From contig JANXTU010000403.1 of NCBI GenBank assembly GCA_025352235.1, positions 1 through 63,794 on the forward strand: a stretch of 63,794 bases of DNA, read 5' to 3'. How positions within the stretch are numbered: position 1 is the first letter of the stretch; every line of letters begins with the position of its first letter. Origin of the DNA: Fimbriiglobus sp. (lineage in GTDB: Bacteria > Planctomycetota > Planctomycetia > Gemmatales > Gemmataceae). A model generated the notes under the pieces. That model was given only the letters and a program-made list of their open reading frames with translations. It did no database searches and was not told the origin of the DNA. Positions 18,373 through 26,774 of this stretch are shown here, piece after piece. Made by a program: the position numbers and the translations under genes.

Positions 18373-19341
18373 ATGACACGCTTTTTGCTCGTCGCCGCGT
18401 TCGCATTGACCATCGGCACGGCTATCGCCGCCGACGAAGCGCCGCTGACACTTTCGAAAACCATCGCGATGAAAGGCGTCGACGGCAAGCTCGACCACCT
18501 CGCGGTCGATTCCAAGGGCGAACGTCTGTTCGTCGCCAATAAGCCAAACAACACGCTCGACATCGTCGATTTGAAAACCGGCAAGCTTGTCAAGCAGATC
18601 GCCGACCAAGGCAAGATTTCCGGCGTCGCCTACGCCGCCGACCTCGACATGGTCTACGCGGGCAACGGCGCCGGGACCTGCAACGGCTTCGCGGGCGCCG
18701 ACTACAAACTGGCCTTCTCGACCAAAGCCCCCGGCGCCGACAACGTGCACTACAACTCGGAAACCAAACTCGTGTACGTCGGTTGCGGCGAAACGCTGAT
18801 GGTCTTGGACGCCAAGACCGGCGAAGCCAAGACCTCGATCAAACTCCCCGGCGCCGTGCACGGGTTCAAGATCGACAAAAAAGCCGGGAAGATTTTCGCC
18901 GTGCTCACGAAGCCGAGTGTCGTCGCCGTCATCGATTTGGCCAAGAACGAAGTGACCGAGAAATTCCCGCTCACGCTCTCGGACGCCGGCAGCCCCATCG
19001 CCTACGACGCGGCCAACGGGCTGCTGTTCGTCGGTTGCCCGAAGAAAGCGATGGTCGTGGTGTTCGACGCCAAGACCGGCAAGGAACTGGCCGGTGTCGA
19101 AATCCCCGCGGGCATCGACGACATCCACTACGACTCGAAACTCAAACGGATCTACGCCTCGTGCGGCGATGGCGCGCTGTGCGTCCTGGAAAAGAAGGGT
19201 GAGAAATACGAAGTGACGACCAAGCTGGAAACGCCGAAGTCGTCTCGCACCTGCGTCTTCGGCAGCGGCAAAGTCTACTTGGGCGTGCCGAAATCGAAGG
19301 ATTTGGAAGGCCCAGAGATCCGCGTCTACGACGCGAAGTGA
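18373..19341 (+). CDS. secreted YVTN/YncE-like beta-propeller protein
   Basis: Signal peptide MTRFLLVAAFALTIGTAIAA. Repeated blades have the pattern 'hLAVDskgeRLFVAN...l.vvDl.tGk', as in YncE/YVTN repeats. Confidence 0.75.
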   Translation: MTRFLLVAAFALTIGTAIAADEAPLTLSKTIAMKGVDGKLDHLAVDSKGERLFVANKPNNTLDIVDLKTGKLVKQIADQGKISGVAYAADLDMVYAGNGAGTCNGFAGADYKLAFSTKAPGADNVHYNSETKLVYVGCGETLMVLDAKTGEAKTSIKLPGAVHGFKIDKKAGKIFAVLTKPSVVAVIDLAKNEVTEKFPLTLSDAGSPIAYDAANGLLFVGCPKKAMVVVFDAKTGKELAGVEIPAGIDDIHYDSKLKRIYASCGDGALCVLEKKGEKYEVTTKLETPKSSRTCVFGSGKVYLGVPKSKDLEGPEIRVYDAK

Positions 19342-19372
19342 CGAACGGGGCGTCGATCAACCCATAAGCAAA

Positions 19373-20155
19373 TCATGCCTCGCCGACTGAAGCACTTCCT
19401 GGTCCAGCGTGATGGCGCAGCTGGGCCTCAAACTCGCTCGCCTCAACAGATTCACCGCCGAGATAGAACCGGGCCTCGTCTCGCGCCACCATCCCGTAGG
19501 TGCCCGACTGCGGTGCGACCCAGAATGAGCCTGGGTCAGCGCCCTTTACCAATCGGTTAAGGCAGTACACGCGATCTCCGTCGCGACTGTACACACCACC
19601 GATCTTGGCCCAACTCCCCGGCCGTGCTTTCGGTAGTTTCTTGTTGCCGCAGTAGACATGGGCGCGGTCGTACCCGAAGTGGCCGTCCCCGCATGAGACA
19701 AACGAGCCCGGATCAACGTCCGGCAGCCACCCCATGTACCCATACAGACCGACGTAGTAGACCCCATTCGTGTCCTTGCCGAATCCAAAGGCGTGCCACA
19801 TTCCGTACCCTTCCACGGCACCCGTGTCGGCCGTGGTGAAGCTGGCTGCGTCGGCCTTCTTGAGCTCGCCGAACATCGTCCAAACGTGATTGCTGTCCTT
19901 ATAAAAAGTGTAGTTGAGGCAATGGAACGTAGTCGAATCTGCCTTGGTCAGCCGGGAATTGGTGCAGTAGCAATTCTTGGCGTCAACTGCGAAGCAGCCG
20001 AGGTAGAACCCGAATGTCGCAACGTCTGCCCGCTGGAGCGGGTAACGCCTGAAGAAAACCTTCCCGTTTTGCACCCAGTACAAGGTGCGAGGATCCCCTT
20101 CGACGAACCGTGTCGCCAGGGGTAAGAGTTTATCGAAATCGACCGCGCGTTCCAC
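19373..20155 (-). CDS. DKNYY-repeat family protein
   Basis: Repeated units of the type 'DaKNCYCtn', 'KDSNHVW', 'GKDTNGVYY', 'YDRAHVYCG', 'SRDGDRVYCLN' and 'RDEARFYLGG', each followed by a 'DpgSF' type spacer. GTG start. By eye the G+C looks lower than in neighbouring genes. Confidence 0.65.
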   Translation of the reverse strand: MERAVDFDKLLPLATRFVEGDPRTLYWVQNGKVFFRRYPLQRADVATFGFYLGCFAVDAKNCYCTNSRLTKADSTTFHCLNYTFYKDSNHVWTMFGELKKADAASFTTADTGAVEGYGMWHAFGFGKDTNGVYYVGLYGYMGWLPDVDPGSFVSCGDGHFGYDRAHVYCGNKKLPKARPGSWAKIGGVYSRDGDRVYCLNRLVKGADPGSFWVAPQSGTYGMVARDEARFYLGGESVEASEFEAQLRHHAGPGSASVGEA

Positions 20156-20195
20156 GCTCCACCCCCCCCGCAGCCAAACCTACCATTCCTGCTCG

Positions 20196-21077
20196 TCACT
20201 GCCGAGCGGCGCCCTTCGTCGACATCTCCACCGAATACAGGCTTTTCCCGGCCGTGACGAACAGCGTCTTCATCGCCTTGCCACCGAAGCAGACATTGGC
20301 TGTCCACGGTTCGTCGATGGCGATGGTGTCGATCTTCTTACCGTCTTTGTCGAAAATCAGCACGCCCTTGCCCGTGAGATAGACGTTGCCGGCGTCGTCG
20401 AGGGTCATGCCGTCCGATCCGGCTTCACAGAACAACTTGCGGTTCTTGAGCATTCCGTCGTCTTGGATGTCGTAGCGGTAGGTCTTCGATTTGCCGATGT
20501 CCGCGACGTACAGCGTCTTCCCGTCCGGCGTGCCGACGAGTCCGTTGGGTTGGGCGAAATCGCCGTCGACGCGGGTCAACTCGCCCTTTTTGGGCAGGAA
20601 GTAAACGGCGCGTTTGTCCTGCGCTTCCGGCCCGCGTTTCCAGTAATCCCGCTTGTAAAACGGGTCGGTGAAGTAGACACCACCGTCCGGGCGCAGCCAG
20701 AGGTCGTTGGGGCCGTTGAATAATTTGCCGTCGTGTTTGTCGAGCACGACCGTCACTTTCTTGGTCTTCACGTCGATCTTCCACAGTTCGTTCTTACCGT
20801 CGGCGCAGGCCCAAAGATTCCCCTCGGCGTCGAAGCACAACCCGTTGGACCGACCGGCCGGTTCGAGGAACGTGCTCAGCTTTCCCTCGATACTCCAGAT
20901 GTGAATGCGGTCGTTCGGTTGATCGGTGAAGTAGACGTTCCCGTCGGCGTCGACGGTCGGGCCTTCGGTGAATTTGAAACCGCCCGAGAGTTTGATGGGC
21001 TTGGCTCCCGGTGACACCGGACTGTCGGCGGCGAGCATGGGTGACGTCAAGAGGAGTAGGAAAACGAAGGATCGCAT
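20196..21077 (-). CDS. SMP-30/gluconolactonase/LRE-like beta-propeller hydrolase (secreted)
   Basis: Signal peptide MRSFVFLLLLTSPMLAA. Blocks FTEGPTVDADGNVYFTDQPNDRI, SNGLCFDAEGNLWACA, GPNDLWLRPDGGVYFTDP, PNGLVGTPDGKTLYVAD and DGMTLDDAGNVYLT. Confidence 0.85.
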   Translation of the reverse strand: MRSFVFLLLLTSPMLAADSPVSPGAKPIKLSGGFKFTEGPTVDADGNVYFTDQPNDRIHIWSIEGKLSTFLEPAGRSNGLCFDAEGNLWACADGKNELWKIDVKTKKVTVVLDKHDGKLFNGPNDLWLRPDGGVYFTDPFYKRDYWKRGPEAQDKRAVYFLPKKGELTRVDGDFAQPNGLVGTPDGKTLYVADIGKSKTYRYDIQDDGMLKNRKLFCEAGSDGMTLDDAGNVYLTGKGVLIFDKDGKKIDTIAIDEPWTANVCFGGKAMKTLFVTAGKSLYSVEMSTKGAARQ

Positions 21078-21121
21078 AGAACGCTCCGGGTGGGAAGGAC
21101 CCGGATTGTAATGCCCTTACG

Positions 21122-21661
21122 TCACCGGAACAACCGACCGTTGGCCGGGGGACAGCGCGCCAGCTCTTCCCACTCATGGCGGACTTCGCGCAGTCCGAGG
21201 GCGCAGAGTTCAAAATCGTGGCCCAAGCGTTGCAGCACGGCCGATTCGTCCGCGCTCCGGTCGGCTTCGCTGGCGAGCCGGTATGAGCGTTTACCGAGGC
21301 GGGTGAAATTGACGAGGTGATCTCGGCTGGCGCTATGTTGGAAGCCATCGACCGCTTCGGGGAACAAACCGGAGTAGTAGAGGGCGAAGTCGCCGATGTG
21401 CCGGTGGTATTCGCGGCGAGTCCGACCCGCGGCGGGGAGCTTCTCAGCTTCCATCGCCATGAGCGCGAGTTCGGAAATCGGCCGGCCGGCGGAATCGCGG
21501 AGGCGGAAGACTTGATCGACGTGCAAGAACCGGGCGAGCAAGTCGGTGATGTAATCGACGAGCGGCGGATCGGCGATGCCCATTTGCGCGACGAACGCGT
21601 GTTCGGTGAGACCGGCGAAGAGTGTCCGCAGCGGGTGTGGGACGGGAACGATGGTATCCAT
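21122..21661 (-). CDS. hypothetical protein
   Basis: 179-aa ORF with coding-like composition and G/C-rich third positions. No motif recognised. Confidence 0.5.
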   Translation of the reverse strand: MDTIVPVPHPLRTLFAGLTEHAFVAQMGIADPPLVDYITDLLARFLHVDQVFRLRDSAGRPISELALMAMEAEKLPAAGRTRREYHRHIGDFALYYSGLFPEAVDGFQHSASRDHLVNFTRLGKRSYRLASEADRSADESAVLQRLGHDFELCALGLREVRHEWEELARCPPANGRLFR

Positions 21662-21783
21662 GTTTTCCTCCTCACGAACGGGCGGGAAACGGTCGCGGTC
21701 GGGGCCGCTGGGAGAGCGGCGACCCCGATGAAAGTGATCAATTCATTCTAGCCCACGATCGGCGGGCAAGTGTCCGCCGCCGG

Positions 21784-23628
21784 CTACTTTTTCAGGTGCG
21801 CCGGCCTCGCCCATTGCGTCGGTTCTTCCAGCGGCGGCGGGAGATATTTCGGGGCCGACAGCGGTGCAGGCAACGGTGGTAGGACCGGATCCGAGGACTT
21901 CGGCGCACCCCACGTCGCGGGCGGTTCGACAAATTCCGCGCGTCGGATTTCGACTTCCTCCGGTTCGGTCTGTTTGGCCGCGCGCTGCAAGATCGCGAGA
22001 ACGATTGGTGGCCAGTCGCCACGCCGATCGGGCGTGCGGAACGCGACCGGATCGACGACTTCGGGGATCGTGATGTTCGGCAAGTAGGCGGGGAGCTTGT
22101 TCAACGGCGGGGCCGGCGGCAACATTCCGGGCGGGGTCGGGTTCGGCACGGTCGGTTGCGGGACCGCCGCCGGCAGCAGTTGGGCCGGATGGCCTAAGGC
22201 TCGATAAAGCCGGAACTGCGCCCGGTTGTAATCGCCGACGGCGGAGTAGAAATCGGCGTTGGCCTGACCGAGCGCCTGCACCGCTGCCACGACCTCTTGC
22301 GGCCGGACGACGAGCACGTTCACTTCGCCGAGTCGCCGGGTTTGGGCCATTCCAAGCAGGCTCTTCTCGACGAGGTCCAGCGCCTCTTTCAACGCCGGTT
22401 CGGCTTGGGCCATGCGCTCGGACGCGGCCCGGCCTTGGGCGAACGCCGCCGCGATTTCCGCCGCGATGCGGTCCTGTGTGCGGAACAATTCGAGCGCCGC
22501 GATCTGGTATTCCGCTTGGCGTTCGCCGATGCGGGCCTTGTTGCCGAAGCCGAGGGATTGGAATTCCCAAAGCACCTGAAAATCGAGGTCGAACCGCGTG
22601 CCGGATCCGCCGAGGGTGCCGTTTTGGCCCCCGGCGAAGGTCCCGTAACCGAGGGAGCCGCTCGGGTTCGTCGACACGCTGCGGAGTGCCAAACTCGGGA
22701 CGAGCGGACGGAGTTTCTCTTGCTTCAACCGGGCGAGGGTCGCCTGCACGAAGGCCTGTTGGCCCTGCAATTCCGGGCGATTCGTCAAGCCGAGCGGGAT
22801 CAGCGCGTCGAGCGCGGCGTCGCCCGGGATCACCGTGATCGGCAGAAAAGGCGGTTCCATCGGTTCGATGAGCGTGCCCGGTTCGAGGCGGAGCAACCGG
22901 CCGAGTTCGGCGCTCGCGGTGCGCCAGCGCTCGCGCGCCGTGGTCGATGCTTGCTGCCTACGGGCGAGTTCGACCTTGGCTCGGGAAGCCTCCAGCGGCG
23001 GGGCCAATCCTTCGGCCAACGCCTCCGCTCTTTTGCTGACATCGTCGGCGCGGCGCGCCGCCAGCAGTGCCCCGGCGAGTTCGCCGCGCGCTTGTTGGAC
23101 GTGGAAATACGCCTCCGCCACGGAGTACGTCGCGTCGTTGGTGGCGGTCTGCATCGCGGCCCGGCGGACTTTCAAATCTTGCTTGGCGGCCAGCGGGGCG
23201 TAGATGGCGTCGGTGATGTTGAAGACGACGTTGGGACCGAAGCCGACCATCGCGGAGTTGCGATCCGAGCGCGGGATGTCGCCGGCGAAGTTCTGCTGGC
23301 CGCCAGTGTGCCGGTAGAAATCGGCCCCGACGACGAGGTTTGGCACCCAGAGTAGCTTGGCGCGATCGAGTTGCCGGGCCGCGATCGCGACCGATTGCTC
23401 GGCCACCTGCACGTCGATGGGCCGGGCGTGCGCCAAGCGCAGCGCGGTGGCGAGGTTGATGGGGAAAATGCGCTCGAACGATTCGGCTTGAGGCGGGGTC
23501 ATCGCGATCGGCTCGCGGCCCTGCGCCAAACCGACCGGCGGTGCGGTGATACCGGGGGCCTGCGCGACCGCGGCGCCGGGCAACAGCCCGGCGGCGACCA
23601 GCGCCCAAAAATTGCGTCCCACCCGCAT
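21784..23628 (-). CDS. TolC-family outer membrane efflux protein with a Pro-rich C-terminal extension
   Basis: Signal peptide MRVGRNFWALVAAGLLPGAAVAQA. Two OEP-like halves (LATALRLAHARPIDVQVAEQ..., LIPLGLTNRPELQGQQAFVQATLARLKQEK...). The last roughly 180 aa are Pro-rich (PQPTVPNPTPPGMLPPAPP...PPLPAPLSAPKYLPPP). Confidence 0.8.
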   Translation of the reverse strand: MRVGRNFWALVAAGLLPGAAVAQAPGITAPPVGLAQGREPIAMTPPQAESFERIFPINLATALRLAHARPIDVQVAEQSVAIAARQLDRAKLLWVPNLVVGADFYRHTGGQQNFAGDIPRSDRNSAMVGFGPNVVFNITDAIYAPLAAKQDLKVRRAAMQTATNDATYSVAEAYFHVQQARGELAGALLAARRADDVSKRAEALAEGLAPPLEASRAKVELARRQQASTTARERWRTASAELGRLLRLEPGTLIEPMEPPFLPITVIPGDAALDALIPLGLTNRPELQGQQAFVQATLARLKQEKLRPLVPSLALRSVSTNPSGSLGYGTFAGGQNGTLGGSGTRFDLDFQVLWEFQSLGFGNKARIGERQAEYQIAALELFRTQDRIAAEIAAAFAQGRAASERMAQAEPALKEALDLVEKSLLGMAQTRRLGEVNVLVVRPQEVVAAVQALGQANADFYSAVGDYNRAQFRLYRALGHPAQLLPAAVPQPTVPNPTPPGMLPPAPPLNKLPAYLPNITIPEVVDPVAFRTPDRRGDWPPIVLAILQRAAKQTEPEEVEIRRAEFVEPPATWGAPKSSDPVLPPLPAPLSAPKYLPPPLEEPTQWARPAHLKK

Positions 23629-23715
23629 CCCGGTTCCCCCTCCGGCACGTCCGACTCCGGCCTATAACGGAGGGATACCGTCGGCACAACCGCAACCGCG
23701 TGCGGGGGTGCGCCT

Positions 23716-23841
23716 CGGAAATGGTTTCGGCGCGAAGCGCCCCACCCCCCGGCGAAATCATTCCGAAATCGGGTAGAACCCATGCGCGACAACGCTTTGC
23801 GTCCGATTCCGATAAATGCGTGCCCGCCGAAACCATTTCGG
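23716..23841. promoter_or_regulatory. two near-identical palindromic sites (CCGAAA-N3-TTTCGG) in the TolC-like/pdxA divergent intergenic region
   Basis: CGGAAATGGTTTCGGCG at 23716-23732 is the reverse complement, matching 16 of 17 positions, of CGCCGAAACCATTTCGG at 23825-23841. Each site is itself a 6-bp-arm palindrome. The site centres are about 111 bp apart. Confidence 0.35.
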
Positions 23842-23894
23842 ATCCGGGTCGCGGCCTCCAAACCCACCCATCGACCGCGGATCACCGAGGCACC

Positions 23895-24818
23895 ATGCCC
23901 CTCCCCAAACTTTTGATTACGATGGGCGATTGTGCCGGGATCGGCCCGGAAATCATCGCGACGGCATGGCCGCAATTGCGCGTGCTCTGTCACCCCGTTG
24001 TCATCGGCGACCCGTGCAAGCTGCCCCCGGGTCTCGAGTGCCTCAATCCTTCGACGGCGGATTTGTCGAAGGTCGTTCTCGGGAAGGTTTCCGCCGAGGC
24101 GGGACGGGCCGCGTTCGATTGGCTCGTCTTCGCCATCGACGAGTGCCGCGCGGGCCGCGCCGATGGAATCGTCACCTGCCCGTTGAACAAGGAAGGCCTG
24201 CACGCGGCGGGCGTTCCGTTCCCCGGCCATACCGAAATTCTCGCCCATCGCACCGGGGCGAAATCGCACGCGATGCTGCTGTACGACGACGAACTCCAAC
24301 TCGCCGTGGCCCATGTGACGCTGCACCAATCGGTGCGGACGGCGGTCGCGGGCATCACCGTCGACTCGGTCCTCGACAAGATCCGCCTGCTGCGCGACAT
24401 CGTCCCGCGGCTCACCGGCGCCGCCGCACGGATCGGGGTGGCGGCGCTCAACCCGCACGCCTCCGACGGCGGATTGTTCGGCGACGAAGAATCCCGTATC
24501 ATCGCCCCCGCAGTGGAACGGGCGAGGGCCGAAGGGATCGACGCGACCGGGCCGATCGCCGCCGATGCGATATTTTTGCCGCACAACCGGGCGAAGTTTA
24601 ACGGCATCGCGGCGATGATCCACGATCACGGCCACATCGCCATGAAATTGCTCGGGGGCCGCCGGGCGGTGAATGTGACCGCGGGGTTGCCCATCGTGCG
24701 GACGAGCGTCGCCCACGGCACGGCCTACGACATCGCGGGGCAGGGCAACGCCGACGCCGGGAGTTTGATCGCCGCGGTGAAAGTCGCGGCGAGGTTGTCC
24801 AACCGAGGAACACTATGA
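23895..24818 (+). CDS. pdxA: 4-hydroxythreonine-4-phosphate dehydrogenase
   Basis: MPLPKLLITMGDCAGIGPEII..., FPGHTEILA, NPHASDGGLFG and the IHDHGHIAMK..V.TSVAHGTAYDIAG blocks are typical of PdxA. The start is chosen at ATG 23895, not the ORF-track extension at 23700. Confidence 0.9.
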   Translation: MPLPKLLITMGDCAGIGPEIIATAWPQLRVLCHPVVIGDPCKLPPGLECLNPSTADLSKVVLGKVSAEAGRAAFDWLVFAIDECRAGRADGIVTCPLNKEGLHAAGVPFPGHTEILAHRTGAKSHAMLLYDDELQLAVAHVTLHQSVRTAVAGITVDSVLDKIRLLRDIVPRLTGAAARIGVAALNPHASDGGLFGDEESRIIAPAVERARAEGIDATGPIAADAIFLPHNRAKFNGIAAMIHDHGHIAMKLLGGRRAVNVTAGLPIVRTSVAHGTAYDIAGQGNADAGSLIAAVKVAARLSNRGTL

Positions 24819-25750
24819 ACGAAAACGAAATGGCCCCGGACCGCGACGATCCGCCGCGCCGTCGCCGGGACGAATCTGACGACGAACGCCCGCCGGCCCC
24901 GCCGGGCAATGGCATGGCCACGGCGTCGCTGGTTCTCGGAGTCCTATCGCTCTGCGGGGGGATCGCCTCGATACCGGGTTTGATCTGCGGCATCGTCGGG
25001 TTGGGCCGGGCGAACCGGCGCGGCGGGTCGGGCTTCGGCATGGCCATCGCGGGGATGGTGCTGTCCGGCATCGGTCTGCTCACGGCTTTCCCGCTGCTGA
25101 TCGCACTGCTCCTTCCCGCGGTTCAGAAAGTCCGCGAAGCCGCGGCGCGGAAATCGAGTGCCAATAATCTGAAGCAGTTGAGCATCGCACAGATGAACTA
25201 CGAATCGGCAAACGGCGAAAACCCCAAAGCCTTCCATTACCAAGGCCAGCCCGGCGGGGAGCCGGCGAAACTGACTGACCGCCTGAGTTGGCGCGTGGCG
25301 ATGTTGCCCTATCTCGAACAAGAGAATGTGTATCGGCTCTTTCGCCTCGACGAGCCGTGGAACAGCCCGAACAACCAACCGCTGTCGACGTACAGTATCA
25401 AGACGTTCATCCACCCCTCCGACGCCCCGCCCGAACCGACCACGCGCTACCGGATCTTTTACGGCGGCGGAGCCGGGTACGACCTCCAGCGCCGTGTTCC
25501 CCTCCAAGATGGCGATTCGAACACCATCGCCATCGTCGAAGGGGGCGACCGCGTGACGTGGAGCCAGTTCAACGAATACCCGTTCAGCAAAGATGGCCCG
25601 CTGCCGGCGCTCGGCTTGCCGAACTCCGACGTCTTTCAAGCCGCGATGTTCGACGGCAGCATCCGGACCTTCCGCAAATCGATCGATCCGAACGTGTTGA
25701 AGAGCGCCATCCACGCCGCCGATAGCGTCGGAGCGCCCCTCGGCGAATGA
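24815..25750 (+). CDS. DUF4190-like two-TM hairpin fused to a DUF1559 (H-X9-DG, pseudopilin-like) domain
   Basis: Charged tail (DRDDPPRRRRDESDDERP), then DUF4190-type ATASLVLGVLSLCGGIASIPGLICGIVGL...GMAIAGMVLSGIGLL, then the DUF1559 hallmark LLLPAVQKVREAAARKSSANNLKQLSIA, LSWRVAMLPYLEQ and DGDSNTIAIVEG. ATG 24815 overlaps the pdxA stop (ATGA). Confidence 0.8.
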   Translation: MNENEMAPDRDDPPRRRRDESDDERPPAPPGNGMATASLVLGVLSLCGGIASIPGLICGIVGLGRANRRGGSGFGMAIAGMVLSGIGLLTAFPLLIALLLPAVQKVREAAARKSSANNLKQLSIAQMNYESANGENPKAFHYQGQPGGEPAKLTDRLSWRVAMLPYLEQENVYRLFRLDEPWNSPNNQPLSTYSIKTFIHPSDAPPEPTTRYRIFYGGGAGYDLQRRVPLQDGDSNTIAIVEGGDRVTWSQFNEYPFSKDGPLPALGLPNSDVFQAAMFDGSIRTFRKSIDPNVLKSAIHAADSVGAPLGE

Positions 25751-25766
25751 CCCCAAGAGAGATGCC

Positions 25767-26774
25767 ATGCCCCGCGAGCGTGACGAAATTGACGACGACG
25801 ATGACAGCCCGCGCCGGCGTTCCCGCCGCGATGAGGACGACGAGGATGACGACCGTCCGCGCCGATCCGCCCGCCGGGGCTCGGCCGACGACGAGGACGC
25901 GCCGGTCCGGGCGACCGGAAGTAACGGCTTGGCGACCACGTCGCTGGTCTTCGGAATCTTGTCGTTCTGCACGGGGATCACGTTCATTCCCGGCCTGATC
26001 TGCGGATTCATGGGGCTGTCCAAAGCGCGGACGAGCGGCGTCGGCAAGGGTATGGCCATCGCGGGGATTTTGACGTCCCTCGTCGGGTTCGTCGTGTCGG
26101 GTGCGGTTGCCGCTGGCGGGTATTTCTTGTACGTCCAGAAGCAAAAACTCGATGAGCGGATGGTCGCTCAAAACAACTTCAAGCAACTCGGCATCGCAAC
26201 GCACAACAACAGCGATGCCACCGGATTTTTACCCAAGCCGTACCTCGATGAATCGAGACGCGACTCGGACCCACCCCTCGCGGAAAGCGCGATGAAGACC
26301 AAACTGAGCTGGCGCGTGACTCTGTTGCCGTATTTGGAACAAGCATCGCTTCACACCCGGTTCCAACGCTCGGAGGCTTGGGATAGTCCCGCGAATAAGC
26401 CACTGTCGCAGACGGTCGTCCGGCAATACGCCGATACCGATACGCCTCTCGATCCGGCCACGCGCGTGCGCTGCTTCTACGACAACGGCGCGATCTTCGA
26501 CAGCCGCTTCAAGATTACCCTCAACGGCGTCACCGACGGCACAGCCAACACGATCCTATACGTTGAAGGGAGCGACAAAGCCCCGTGGAGCCAGTTCAAC
26601 GAACTCAAGTTCGATCCCAAAGGGGCGCTTCCGGCGTTGGGCTATCCGAACCGCGATACGTTCACCGTCCTCACGGCCGACGGATCGACGCGCCAATTGC
26701 GGAAGTCGATCAACCCGGCCACGCTCAAAGCCCTCATCACCCGGGCGGGTGGTGAAGTCGTCGGAGACTATTGA
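25767..26774 (+). CDS. DUF4190-like/DUF1559 fusion protein, tandem paralog
   Basis: Same layout as the upstream gene: acidic/basic tail (RERDEIDDDDDSPRRRSRRDEDDEDDD), LATTSLVFGILSFCTGITFIPGLICGFMGL...GMAIAGILTSLVG, then NNFKQLGIATHN, LSWRVTLLPYLEQ and DGTANTILYVEG. Confidence 0.8.
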   Translation: MPRERDEIDDDDDSPRRRSRRDEDDEDDDRPRRSARRGSADDEDAPVRATGSNGLATTSLVFGILSFCTGITFIPGLICGFMGLSKARTSGVGKGMAIAGILTSLVGFVVSGAVAAGGYFLYVQKQKLDERMVAQNNFKQLGIATHNNSDATGFLPKPYLDESRRDSDPPLAESAMKTKLSWRVTLLPYLEQASLHTRFQRSEAWDSPANKPLSQTVVRQYADTDTPLDPATRVRCFYDNGAIFDSRFKITLNGVTDGTANTILYVEGSDKAPWSQFNELKFDPKGALPALGYPNRDTFTVLTADGSTRQLRKSINPATLKALITRAGGEVVGDY

